A DNA stretch of 64,000 nt from Paraspadella gotoi (taxonomy: Eukaryota; Animalia; Chaetognatha). Below are positions 40,001 through 52,512 of the stretch, piece by piece. A program made the translations under genes and the position numbers. Location: assembly GCA_051294375.1 (NCBI GenBank), contig CM119268.1, forward strand, positions 11,300,605 through 11,364,604, read 5' to 3'. The notes under the pieces are model-generated. The model saw only the letters and a program-made list of their open reading frames with translations. It had not been told where the DNA came from and did not search any database. The stretch's first letter is position 1; each line of letters begins with the position of its first letter.

Positions 40001-43000
40001 AAAAAGTTCAGCTTTTACTTGAAACTTTATTAAAAAATATTTTCTCACTCTATTTTCTCTTCTTTTTCTCTATTTCTCACAGATAAATTATATAATTTAG
40101 CTAATTGTTAAGTTATTGTTGGACCAAATTAATTACAGTTTTGACCAAATTATCCAAGTTGTCCAAATTATAAGAAATTATGCAGTTACCAATTATGCAA
40201 GGTTTTACAAATTAATGGCAAGTTTATTAAATTTAAAAGTTGACGCAAATTATATCAGTTGAACACAATTAAATATCATTTGACTAATTATGGCCAAGTT
40301 TACCAAATTAAATCGCTATTGGTGTTGGCGCAGCTATTGGTTCATTGATTGATCTAATGAAGTGAAAAATATTAATTTTTATTTTTATATTTTATTTTAA
40401 TAAAAGATGAAAAAAGAAAGGATAGGAGAAAGAGAGAGAGAGGGAGAGAGAAAAAAGAGAGAGAAGGGAGAGAGAAATAGGAAGGGAGAGAGAGCCGTTC
40501 CAGGGGGCAAGCAAATTCATGGGCCCCGGGTGGCCTCCCCAGGGGAAAGGTTTTTCTAGCCCTGGGGGATTCCCCCTGGGAGTGGCCCCTTGGGGCCCAA
40601 AAAAAGAGGCTACAGGGAGCCGCCTAGGCAAGTAAGATTTGCTTGCCACCCGGGGCCGCCCCGCGGGGCCACCAGCCGCGGAGCCGCCCTTAGCAAGCGC
40701 CACCCCGGGGAGGCGGAATTCTGAGGATGACATACTTGCTTTTGTCCAAAGAGCCTTTTGCTTCTCTGGAAGAAAAGCCTTCAACATAACCTCTTCAAAC
40801 CCTCATCGAACCTTAGAACCAATTCCCAGGAATCCTACTTAGTTACTGTCTCAACAAAAAAAAGAAAAGAAATAACATAACAACAAACAACGACGCGGAT
40901 CTTTGACTACGGAAGATCTGATCGAATCGTTGAATTTTTTTGTTTTTTTTATTGCGCTTGTGAATCCAAGTCCGAATGCTCTCTCCTTATTTTTTTGTTT
41001 TTCTGGATCGACACTTAATCTAACTTTCTCTCCGTGACTTCGCGGTTGCGCTTGACGTCAATGACAGAAAAAATGAAATTTATATCATGTATTTAAAATA
41101 ATTTTTTTTTATTATCCCAGTGGGTAAAAAAAGACTTTTACTTTCTTACAATCTTCGCGAAGTTTCTCAGCGTCTATGAACGGAAAGGAAACATTCGGTG
41201 GGGTGTGTAAAAAGACGGCGTAAATACTTAAAGAAAAAAAAAAGGATTTCAAAATAACAATAAGAATAAAATAATCCGAATCAAATCGTAGAAAATGACC
41301 GTGATATTTCCGCGGCTTCTCCTTTGAAGAGACGTCGGCAAAAAGGAATACGGGTTCTTCGACTCCAAAACTTAGCGGCCGAGGTAAGGACGGATTTTTC
41401 AATTCGGTTGTCGTGGCTAACGAACATTATGATCATATTTATTGCTTCCTGAACACCTTTCAAACGATTAGAAAGAGGTGGTTCGCTTTTAAACTCTTGT
41501 GTTTGTGACTCAGAATTTATCAGACTCTTTCCTTGCTCACTTCACCGCAATTTCAAATCCCGATCCCGTGTTTCATACCTTTTAATTTTATTACTTTCAA
41601 AAAATTCTGACATTTATCCCTTATCGCAAAAATTCGTCACACCTATTAAGTTTCAGCTCTCTCTCTCTCTCTCTCTCACCTCAAATCCGGGGGTAAGTCA
41701 CTGTTTTCCCCAAAGAGACGAGACTCCCGGGCGAACCAAAACTCAAAAAACGTAAATATTTTCTATTTTGCGGGGAAAAATAGATGAAATTCCTCTTCTA
41801 AAAGGGAGATTATGCAGAATACTAAGGTGAAAGCTTTAAAGTGCTACCGCGACAGTGCGCGAATCTGCGAGATTTTCATTCTTTTTTGTCTAGCTCAAGC
41901 AATTAATCTATTCATAATCGAAATCATATTGTAATAAGAAAAAATATAATACTTAATATTATTCACAACGCCTTTCATTATCTTTCTAGCCACTCATTGT
42001 AAGTGTCATTGTCGGAGACCTATCTTTTCTTAATGCTCTGTAATTTACTAATTGCACTATTCCCTCTATAATTCTCATCCCTCGCCTTTTTACACATTGT
42101 AACGTTGTCTGGACCCAATATTGCGTTTTCGTCTGACAATCCTGAAACAATCTCACCATCCCCTAATAATCCTCATTCTCCGAGTTGGCCCCCGGATCCG
42201 CGAGACGACGGGGGAGCGATTAGTGCCCGAAAGGCAGGGAAAAAAACCGGAAATGGGGGGGGGTCCTTTTTCAGAGAGAAATCTCGTTCTCGGCTCTGAG
42301 AAGGAAAAAAAGTACTAAAGGGAATTTTTCTTTGCGAGCGAGGAAGTGACTCAATGGAACGAATGTACTTCGTTGTGATGACGACGATGATGAAAACCAG
42401 TTTTTCTTCTCGCTTTTTTTTTTTGGCATAACGGAGAAAAATAAAACCATATTTTTCGTCTTATTGAGCGTTTTAGAAATTGTTAGAAGCTAACAACCCT
42501 GAAATTGGTACGGCGCCGAAGTCATCTCTTCATTCTTTTCTTGTAATATATGAACCCAAATCCATCAATGTATAATATATGAATATTTTAAGTATAAAGT
42601 ATTAAGTATAAAACCAAATCATCATAAACATCGCAGAAATCCATTCGCTCCCGATTACCATCTGGTACCGCCACGGACTGGTAAGCGACACCATCTGGCA
42701 TAAACACAAGTCTTTCGCGCGACTTTTCACTACGAGCGATTTCGTCGTCTAGTTAACCGTCGCTCACTATTAGCGCTTTCAACGGAGACCGCCTTTACTC
42801 CCTTCGGTGCGCGGCATACCAGAGGCCTTTGTCCGTCCCGCAATTTGTAGTTTATTATCCCTGGCAGCCGATTCCCTTTTCCTCCCCGCTTTCTTTTCCA
42901 CCGCATTTTCCCCTCTTTTCTACCCTTTTCCTCCCTTTTCCCTTTTCTTTCATTTATTTCGATTTCTCGATTTCTCGGTCTCTTTTTCTTATTTTTCCAG

Positions 43001-46000
43001 CTATCTCTATTCCTTGACTTTTTTTTTGTTCTTTCGCAATGCTTTTTTGAATGCTTTTCTTAGAATTTTTATCCTCTTACCCTCCCCTTACTTTATTCTT
43101 CTTCATCCTTCTTTTTTTTCCCCCTTCCCCTCCTTTTTATTACTCCCTCCCTCAGCATTCCATCCTTTTTCTTCTCTTTTTCCCTGCTTTCCTTTCCATC
43201 GACTCTGCTTTCATGTTCGCTTTTTCTCATTTTTTTCCCCTCGACGGTCCCGCTCAGTTCACCGCCTCCATTTCCCATCGGAGGGCGACGGCCTTGTTAC
43301 GTAGCGAATATGGAGTCAATGAATAAGTATTGCTTCCCTCTGCTTCTGGTTCAACTTGGAATGTACATGGCTTTCGTTCTCTTTCTTTTCTAAGGAGTCG
43401 GTCTTTTACTTATTTTCCCGACGCGTAAATCATAATCCAGATTCTGATTTGGATGGCAGTGGGGGTTGGCAACAGGCGATGGCAGTGGGGAGAGGGAAGC
43501 TGCCCATAAATTACTCGGAACTCGCAGATTTTTATTCTTTATACGAAGGAAAAGAAAATTGTGAAATCGTGGGAGAGATGGGGAGGAGTCGCAAGGGGGA
43601 GAAAAGATAGTTATGGATCACACTCTCTTTAACTATAAATATTCTATAAATATTCTAATCAACAATAAATTCCATGAGTTGCCATGAGTCAATTCAGGTT
43701 AATTGGTGAAAAACCTTTCGGGGCCAAATATTGTTATGAAAATTTTTTTTTTATCATTATGAGCGCCCATGTTTCAATTTTAAATAGTATTTGTATTTTA
43801 AGCTCTCTGCCCTAACTCTATCCTTTCCCCCCCCTCCTCCTCTTTCCCAAAAACAGTTCCTGCTTCGGCAAACGCTCCGGCGGCGGCGGCGGACGTCGCC
43901 TCAACGAATGTCTGATTCTCGAACCTTCCGAATTCATCGTCGTCGACTACCCCGGCGCTGGGCCGAGTTCCGAGCCGGCGCCGAATCGCGGCGCCGTCAA
44001 CGGCGAGGTGGTGCTGGAAGATCGCCGGTCCCGCGGGACGGAATTTTACGGTGCGCCCACTTCCGGCGAGGAGCCAGGCGCCATGCAGTCGGAGGAAGGG
44101 ACGCTGGTGAGGACGGGGGCTTTGAACTAACGAGTTAGAACTGAGTTTATAAGACGTTAAATATTAATTTTGACTTGACGCTTTATCACGTTGCACAGGT
44201 GGCGATTACGTAAGAAAAGATGGTAAAAATTTTTTTTAGGTTGATTTCTTCTTTTTCTGTCCGGCGTTTCCGGAGAGTCCGAGATAGTTAGCGTTGCGTT
44301 CTTCTGCGCGCCTGCGCATTTCGGTCGCGGTCATCGTACGAGCGGTGCCGGCGGCCGATTCCTCGTTGTAGTAACGATTGTAAAAACCACTTGTTTGTTG
44401 TTTCGCCGCGGTTTGCACTCTGCGCGGATGGAGAAAGATATTGGAGGAATCTCAAAATATAATTAAATATCACGTTATTGTCTGAATTAGAGATGTATTT
44501 CCTAATCAACTCCGTCAGAATTAGAAGTATTATGGAAGACAATTTATAAGATCAGCCAGTCAATCGGCAAAGTGTCTTTCACAATTTCTATATTGATAAA
44601 ATTCTCTCATACAAAATGATTTTGAAAAATGTTTTTCATTTAGACCAGGGTAGCAATATAAAAGCGCGCACCATTTAACTGGCAAAAAAAATTGAGGTTT
44701 TTTTTGTGCTGTTGTATTTTCTTAGTCGTTTTTGTAAATAAGCGGGTGTATATAATTTATATATTTAATATTTATATTTCATACGGGTATTTGTTATATA
44801 ATGGTAATAGTACGGCTCACCCATGACGGATAATGTCGCTGACTCTTGCTGCCGGCTTATTTGAAGCCGTTGGGCTCGAGCCTTTCGACGTCATCTTAGA
44901 AGGGTGCGAGAACTGAGACTTCAATGTCGACGTCGGCAGCTGAAGCTGTAGTTTCTTTGGCGGTTTCTTCAGAACGGCGTCAGTGTTTCTAGGAGGTCGT
45001 GGGTGTTGGGAGGTTGGGAAGTTAGGGTGGAGTAAAGGGAAAGCGAGAGGAGCGAAGGTGAGAAAGTTTTAATGAAATGACAAGCGAGAGAACGAATGAA
45101 AAAGTCGGTTTGACGCCGTCACGCTGGAGGCGTGAGAATTTAAGAAGTGACAAAAAAAATATTGGAAAAAAAGGTAGGAAAGTAATAGAAAAAAGAAAGG
45201 TGAAGAGCGAAAGTGAGTGCAGTGAATTTGGAGAAAAAAAAATCTGCTTGGACAGGGAATTCCGCCAGTCTTACATCTCTGGGTAGAGGATACATTCGAA
45301 TTCGTGCAGATCGATGAGGCCGTTGTTGTCGATATCCAGGTATTGGTAGATGGTGAGTATTTGATCGTCTGTCGGGGAAAAAGAAAAAGAGGGTAAGGTC
45401 GTTCAAAATGGCGGCGTTTCGACGCGGAGAGCTTCGGGGCTAAAAAGAAAAAAAAAGTGATTTGTCCGTCAGGTTTTGTGAGGTGAACTCGAGCGAAAAT
45501 TCTCCAGACAGACGTTGAAGAACCGGGGGGAGAAAAAAAAGTGAAGATTTGTTTATTCTTGTTTATCTCCCGACGTTCCGGAGAAATCGCTACTGGTTTA
45601 GCCGGAAGAGGGAGAAGGAAAAAAAATGGAGTCCGAGACAGATTGCGGTGCGAATGTTTGTTTACCATTTAAAATGTTTTTCGCCTTCACCTGTCGACTG
45701 TCGAGGAGTTTTTCGATTGTTACTTTTTCGTTGTTTCGTTGTTACCGTGAGCTCGTTGCCAGAGATTCATGACTTGTTTCAAATCGTCGATGCAAATGAG
45801 TCGTCTCCGTCCAGATCGAACATCTTGAACGCGAGCTCCAGGTCTTGTTGATACTCTGATTGAATCTTTTTGCGTTACTCTTTTCGATCACAAAATCTAA
45901 AAGTCTAAAGCAATTCTAAGAGTCACTTGGGTCTTGTCGCGCTAGGGATTCATGAGTGTATCGTCGATCTGTCCCACTTACGTTTTAAATGTTTACATCT

Positions 46001-46714
46001 CGGGTAATATAGCATCGATTAAGTTCATATTTGGTAGCTTCATACCTTAAATTTATGAGCATTATGTATCCTACTTGTACAGTCACGAGATCCCTAAAAA
46101 ATCGATCCATGACCAGACAAATCTAACTGCAGCATAACTTAATAAAATACAGGCATTTTAGTTTTATGCTTGTGCATATGTCAGTGCGGTACAACACCTT
46201 GAACTTGCCGTTCTTTGGTTTTTTGTGTTTTTTTTTTTTGTACTACTTTTTTCTTCTTCCAAGTCCTTCCTTGACACTCGGATGTTTCTCTTTTCTTCCA
46301 TATTTTTTTCTTACTTTTTTCTCTACCATATTTTTTTTCATTTTCTATCTTCCATTCGTCAATTCGGTTCTTTTTCTTTTCGTCTTTTTTTCACTTTTTT
46401 TTAACCCATTCTTCATTCATGAAATATAACTTCTTAAATTATGCCTGTTCTATTATCAGACTTCTCTCATTTCCCCCTTTATCCTTTAACTTTCGCACTC
46501 CTGTTTCTCCTCTCTCACCCTTCTCCCTTCCTGTTTTTTTCTAATGTTTCTTTAGTCTCCCCCACTTGTTAACCTATTCCAGTCTTCTCCCTCCTTTTTC
46601 CCATCTCGCGGTTTTCATCACTATTTTCCATGCTCGGAATTTAACCCTGGTGATCCATCTCATCATAACTCACAGGCGCCCTCTCAATTTATCGCAGATT
46701 ATTCCGGCTGTGCG

Positions 46715-46758
<44 letters not shown>

Positions 46759-49700
46759 CCACGTTTACCATTCGCTCAAGCATATTGGTCATCTCTGTCT
46801 CTTTCTTTCTCTCATACTTTTCCTCACTATTTCATTAGACTTTCTCCTCCTGATCATGTGTAACATCTCCTCGAAATTTATTTCTCCCGTGATCGAACCG
46901 AGAAAAGAGCGGATGATGTCGTCGTATTCCTGAGAATTAAGATTCATACCGTTTATTTTCTGCACCATTGTGCGGCCCTATTGGAGGCAACACCTGTCTG
47001 GTAAAAGTGGCTCCGACAGTTTTCAACATATCCATAATCTCTTTTCCGCTCACTGTTCCGTCCTTGTCGGTGTCCAGTTTGTTGAACACCTCCCTCAAAT
47101 TCTCCACCTTTGAAGGAAAAATCAAGAATTGTCTGGCAATTATCGCTCTTTATTCGGAAACGATCAACTTACCAGATTCAATGGCATTTCGTACTCTGCC
47201 GCCAGTTTTTTGTTGAGCAATCGAAGCGCCTTCTCCCGGTCAGTTCGAGCTCTGTAAGAGTGAAACGAATTTGAACATGAAGAGCCTCATGTACATATGG
47301 GGAAGGGGCTTAATCGGGGTGATGCCCTTACTTGACGACGCCCTCGTCGATGAACTCGTCCAAGGTTCTCTTCCGGCGAGCTCTGCACGGAAATCCACCG
47401 CAGCACACCTTTTCGACGTCGTCTAGAAAAAGTGGGGGATTTGCAACCGTCTTAGATCTTTGTCATGTGATTAAATTTTTTTAAAGTTAAAATTGTATGC
47501 CAGGTAACGTATGGCACTACCCTTTCCAGCTTTGTATTGACCTTTTCCTTTCTTTCTGTGCCCGCAACACTTGTGGCCCGTTTTAGTGCCCGACTTCAAT
47601 TCGGACGGCGCGATGGGTTTCACTTCGCACTTCTCGTTGATGTTCGCTCCTGGAACCATGAGGATGGACTTCTCCGCTTTAACTGTCCATGATTCGTTGA
47701 AGCCTTTGGGGCTCGGTTTAATTGCGGACGATTTGGTTTCCCAGCTTCTGGAATCGATGGGAGGGCGTCTTTTGGTTCCACGGACGCAATAATTATCTTC
47801 TCATTAATTCGGCGTTCCATTTCCTTACCTTTCTTCGGCGGATTTCAGAGAAAATTTCTCAATTTCATCCTGGCGAACCCTCACGGATACTCCAACTTTT
47901 TTTCCCGCGCCTTCTTTTCGCAACATACTTTTTCATTTGGTGAGAACTCCCTCTTTTTTCTCCCCTCTTTTCCGCCAGATTTTATTCTAAACTGTTTATA
48001 TTCTGACCTGTCTCTCTCCCCCTTACGCGACCCCGTCTCTCTCTCTATCTCTCCGTCCCTTAACTCGAGTATTCGGCGAATGTTTCCGTCGAATTTAAAG
48101 AAAGCTCTCTCTTTCGGCAAATCTAGTGGAAACTGTTTCGCTCGGGGGCCGCGCTCCCGTTTGACATAGTGGATTCGGCTATCGTGGCGACGATTCTATT
48201 GGAATCCCAATCCGGCTGCAACGTTCGCTGGTCATTCCGTATTCCGTGTTGCTCGTTCCCGCTTTTTTTCTTTTTTTTCGCGGTTTACGCTTTCAGTTTT
48301 TTTTTTTTATTGATTCTGTCGCCATTTTATTTCTCGACGCTGTGGCCTTTGAAAAAAGGATTAAGACGTGAAAAGGAGAGAGGTGGAGAGAGAGAGAGAG
48401 AGAGGCCACGAATCTTTTGAAAGAGAAATAGGAAGAAAAACGCATTTTTCAAAGGCACCTCCCCTGCTTGTCACAACCCTGCCCTATTCGGTCTTTGCGG
48501 TCGTCGTTCCTTAATTTTGCCTTCCATTCTCGACGCGTTTTTCGGATTCCCGCCGTCCGGGAGGTCAAGAGGTTGAATTCGCCCTCGATCGGCCGTTCCG
48601 TCGCCGTCGCCCGCATCCTTTCACCCGGGTGTCCTTGAGTGTGCCAGAACGTGTTTTGATTTTGATTTCTTAAACAGCCTTGGCATGTGAGACACGTTGG
48701 ACCTTTTAAAACACAATACAAAAACACTCTACCTTGAACCTATATGCACCTCTCCGCCATCTTGAACTCACCCACCCGGGTGTCACGCCAGCCCCATGGA
48801 TGATTAAGAGAACCAACGAGTCGTTATAACGACTCTGTCGATGATCGCTTGGCTCCACTGAAAGAGGTTTTTGCGAGGAAAATGGGGGGGGGGGAGAAAG
48901 GCTCGGCGTCGAGGTCAGGGAGTTTAGTGGCCACTCGGTAGAGCCTTTCAGAATAGGTTCGTCGTTTAAAAGCGGTAGCATGAAAAAAATATATTTAAAA
49001 AAAAAAATCAAAAGCATTCTTTCCATTCTGTTGAATTCTAAAGTCGAAAAATTCTCCCACATTTTCTTTTCCATTCGCCCCCTGTCCCCCTGAACCTTTT
49101 TTCCCGCCCCCCTCTCCCTTGCCATTCTTGGGATTCTTCAAAGCTTTTTTTCTTCCTTCGGTCAAATGTTCCCTCGTTACTTTTTTTATGTTTCCCTCTT
49201 CCTTCTGAGATCTTTTCATTACTTTTGTCACTATGTCGCGAATGGTTTTATGTGTATTTTATTACATGAAAATATTTTGATCCGAACGTAAAGATGACTT
49301 GGGGGAAATTTTTAAGAATCATGTTTTCCAAAAAGTGTTTATTTGTACTATATTTCTTAAATAAAAAAAAATTTGAAAAATGTCGTTTCACTAGGAGGTA
49401 CGCGACCACTGGTCCTTTTTCGGGTAAAGATTTATTCATCTCACATCCTGTCTCTCCAACGAAGCCTCGTGATTTATTTCCTCTCCGCTCTCGGCCCCCC
49501 CCCGGCCATAGCTCAATAAACCCGTAAATTTCCCATGGACTCCGTAACGTTTTTTTTTTATTTGGAAGTTACCTAAGTCAATAATAGTTTTCAGGACACA
49601 TTCATTCAAAAAGATTCAATACTTTTCGCGTCGCTGGCTTTCGACTGACATGCCGGGAAGAGTGATAGTTAATATTAATTTCTTTTTCAAGAAATACCAT

Positions 49701-52469
49701 TCCGAATCATTTGTCTTTCATTTTTAGTAAAAATTTTACGGCGTACAACCAAAATTCTGGAACGTTACTCATATATTTTCTAAGACTTTAATATTTTTTA
49801 GAGGTTGCGAACTGACGGTCTCGCTTTTGAAAAGTTTGACACTCGAGCGAAAAAAAAAGATTTATAACTAACGTTATATTTTTTAAAAGGCGATGCGTTC
49901 CCGCGGTTACGGCGCTTCCGACAAACGTCCTCCCGCAGATGACAACTCGAACACGGTCGCGACTTTTCACTCTTATCTTCAAGTTAATATTAATTTGTAT
50001 TATTTGACAAATTTTCAATTACTATTATTACATCAAAAAATTTCATGATTTATTAAATTTATTGCTATTGTGTTTTATACTCCAGCCCGGCGAGCTTCAT
50101 CGCGCCGACATTCATCGCGGTCGATTAATTTCCGCCCACGCGAATGACGCCGTGGAGACCGGAAGTGGGGCGACGTCGACCGCGCCCATTTCCGCCTACC
50201 TCAATTCGCGCCAATCGACAAAGCCGTTTGCGGCAATGGCCGAAAATGATGCTTCGCTCTTTGGTAAGGAAAGAGTGTGACTTATTCTTTGGTGTGGCGG
50301 TTGTATCTTGATTGATAGCGAGCAGTTTATGATTAGTTTCAAATTACGAAAATACGATCTATAAAACGGAAATTTGTAAATGAATCAGCTCTAGTCTTTC
50401 CTTGGGAAACCATATTTTGTTTTGTCATTTTCGTTTTTTTTCACCCCTCTCAAATCACAACAATACCGAAGTTCCGTCGCAGAGTGCATTAGCTCGAAAG
50501 CAAGAAGTTCTCACGCTTTCAAGAAGAACCAGTCAATGTTGTTTCAAGCGTATTAAAATTTTATCCACTTTAGATTTCGCATTCATTTTCGATCCAACTT
50601 TTTCTTTTTTACTTTAGCAAAGCGATTTATATTTATGTGGCTGTTGAGATCTATTTGTTGAGGTTGAGGTTTGTGTTGTGAGGTGATTCTATAGACTCGT
50701 CCCTCGATACAGTAAAGGTGTGAGCAGTGTGAGCCCCGCGGTCGTTTCAAATGCAAGCGACAGCCTACCATAACAAAGCCCAGACGCGAAGACTCAACAA
50801 CGGGAAAGAAAAAAAAAGAAAGAAAAAACTAAAAACAAAAAAGTTTGAGAAAAACAAAAAGCGCGCGCTCCAATTATTTTATTTATCATCGAAACAAAAA
50901 AAAAAGCTTTCAAAAAATATTTTGGATTCAAGAGACGAAACGCAGAAATCAGAAAAAAATCTTTTCTCATCCCGATTTTTACTAAAAACACGATCATTAT
51001 TATGCGCTTCCCGTAGACTCGGAAATCAAATTCTAATCCTCGCTTTTTTTTCCCCAAGTTTTCGCTTCCCGCGTTTCGGCGGATTGAATCCTTTCTTTCT
51101 GTTCATTTCCGAAACGCCTTTCCTCCCACGAAACCACATCTTGAAATTGAGTGAAGGGCGTGAGATAGCGAGATAGAGCGCAAGCACGCGAAAAAAAAAG
51201 GATTTAAAATAAATATCTTCGAGGCGAAGATTGAAAAGTTCTTCCTTCTCTTGCAACGTGGCTTCATATTCCGTCCGCCTACGCAGCAGTCTCTTAACTC
51301 AACCCAAGGAAAAATAGAAAGCGGAAAAAAAAAAAAAAAATCCGAAACCACCACCGGCTCCTTTGTTTATTTTTCTCGACACAACAAAAGAACATCGAAA
51401 TGGAACTAATTAACTATCGAGCTCATTCGGGTGAAATGAAGAGCGGTTTACGAGAAAACATCAAAACTGCTGCTTGCTAAACGTTTATTTTTTCGTAAGT
51501 GGCTAGAAACCTTTTGACCTAAAGAATTATGCTCCCACGCCGTTTTTTTTTCCATCTCGATAGCTTTAGCGACGTAGCCATATATTGACCCCTTTCTTTC
51601 CCCCGACGTCTTTCCTCATCGCTTAACCTTTTCGCGAACCTTTTCCTACTCAACCACGCCCCCTTTAATCTCCAGGTCATCCACACCCGCCAACCTCCCT
51701 GCCCTCGGCGCTTTCACGCGCCGACGCCTACGGTAGCGGCGGCGGCGTTCTCAGAAAGCGGTCCTCGAGAGCCTCGGACACGTCATCGGCGTACTCCGGA
51801 AGCGACGCAATGCTCGACGTCATGATAGCCTCCATGGACGACCCGGTTAGTAATTTGACTGTTACTGTGTGTTCGGTAATTCCGTACCGTACATGGAGTG
51901 TAAGCTGGTGGAGGTAAGAGACGCAGGGACTGGCGCGGGCATTGTCTGCATCAGTTCGTGCGTGGGCACGTGCGTGGCCACCGGCAGTTTTTTTTACCAT
52001 TCGACTTTTCAGTTTCGTTTCGTTTTTCGCTTTCGGTCTTTTTAGAACCGCTAGTTATTTTTTTTTTCAATGACGAGAACAAACATGACCCAAATTGCGG
52101 TTACGATCCTGCTGCCAAATCTGGAACGCATTCATTGTTTGCCGATCAATGTTTGCCCGGTGCCCCTGGCCGCGATCAATTTCCGGGCTGGGCCAATATT
52201 TGAAACGCAAACAATCTAGAAATTCCCGTGCATTTTATTTTTTTTCAGTCGAGGGTGGGCGTGTCTGTATGCGCGGCTGTGTGCGAGAGGAGTCTCTCTT
52301 TTTTTTTTTTCAATCCAAGATTTCGCGGTTTTAATGGCTTCGCTCTGTTTACACATTGCGATGGAAATATAAAAAATAAATTGCGTTTTTTTCTCTCCCC
52401 TTCTTATCTTCTCGAGGAATTTTTTTTCCTCCGTTTTTTTCTGTCCCCACTCTCTCTCTCTACTTCCTC

Positions 52470-52512
<43 letters not shown>

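Noticed and set aside
42807-43304. 165-aa Phe/Ser/Leu-rich ORF resembling a membrane protein (also similar ORFs at about 13.8, 36 and 52 kb)
   Set aside because: Polypyrimidine low-complexity DNA produces such ORFs; no coding signature.
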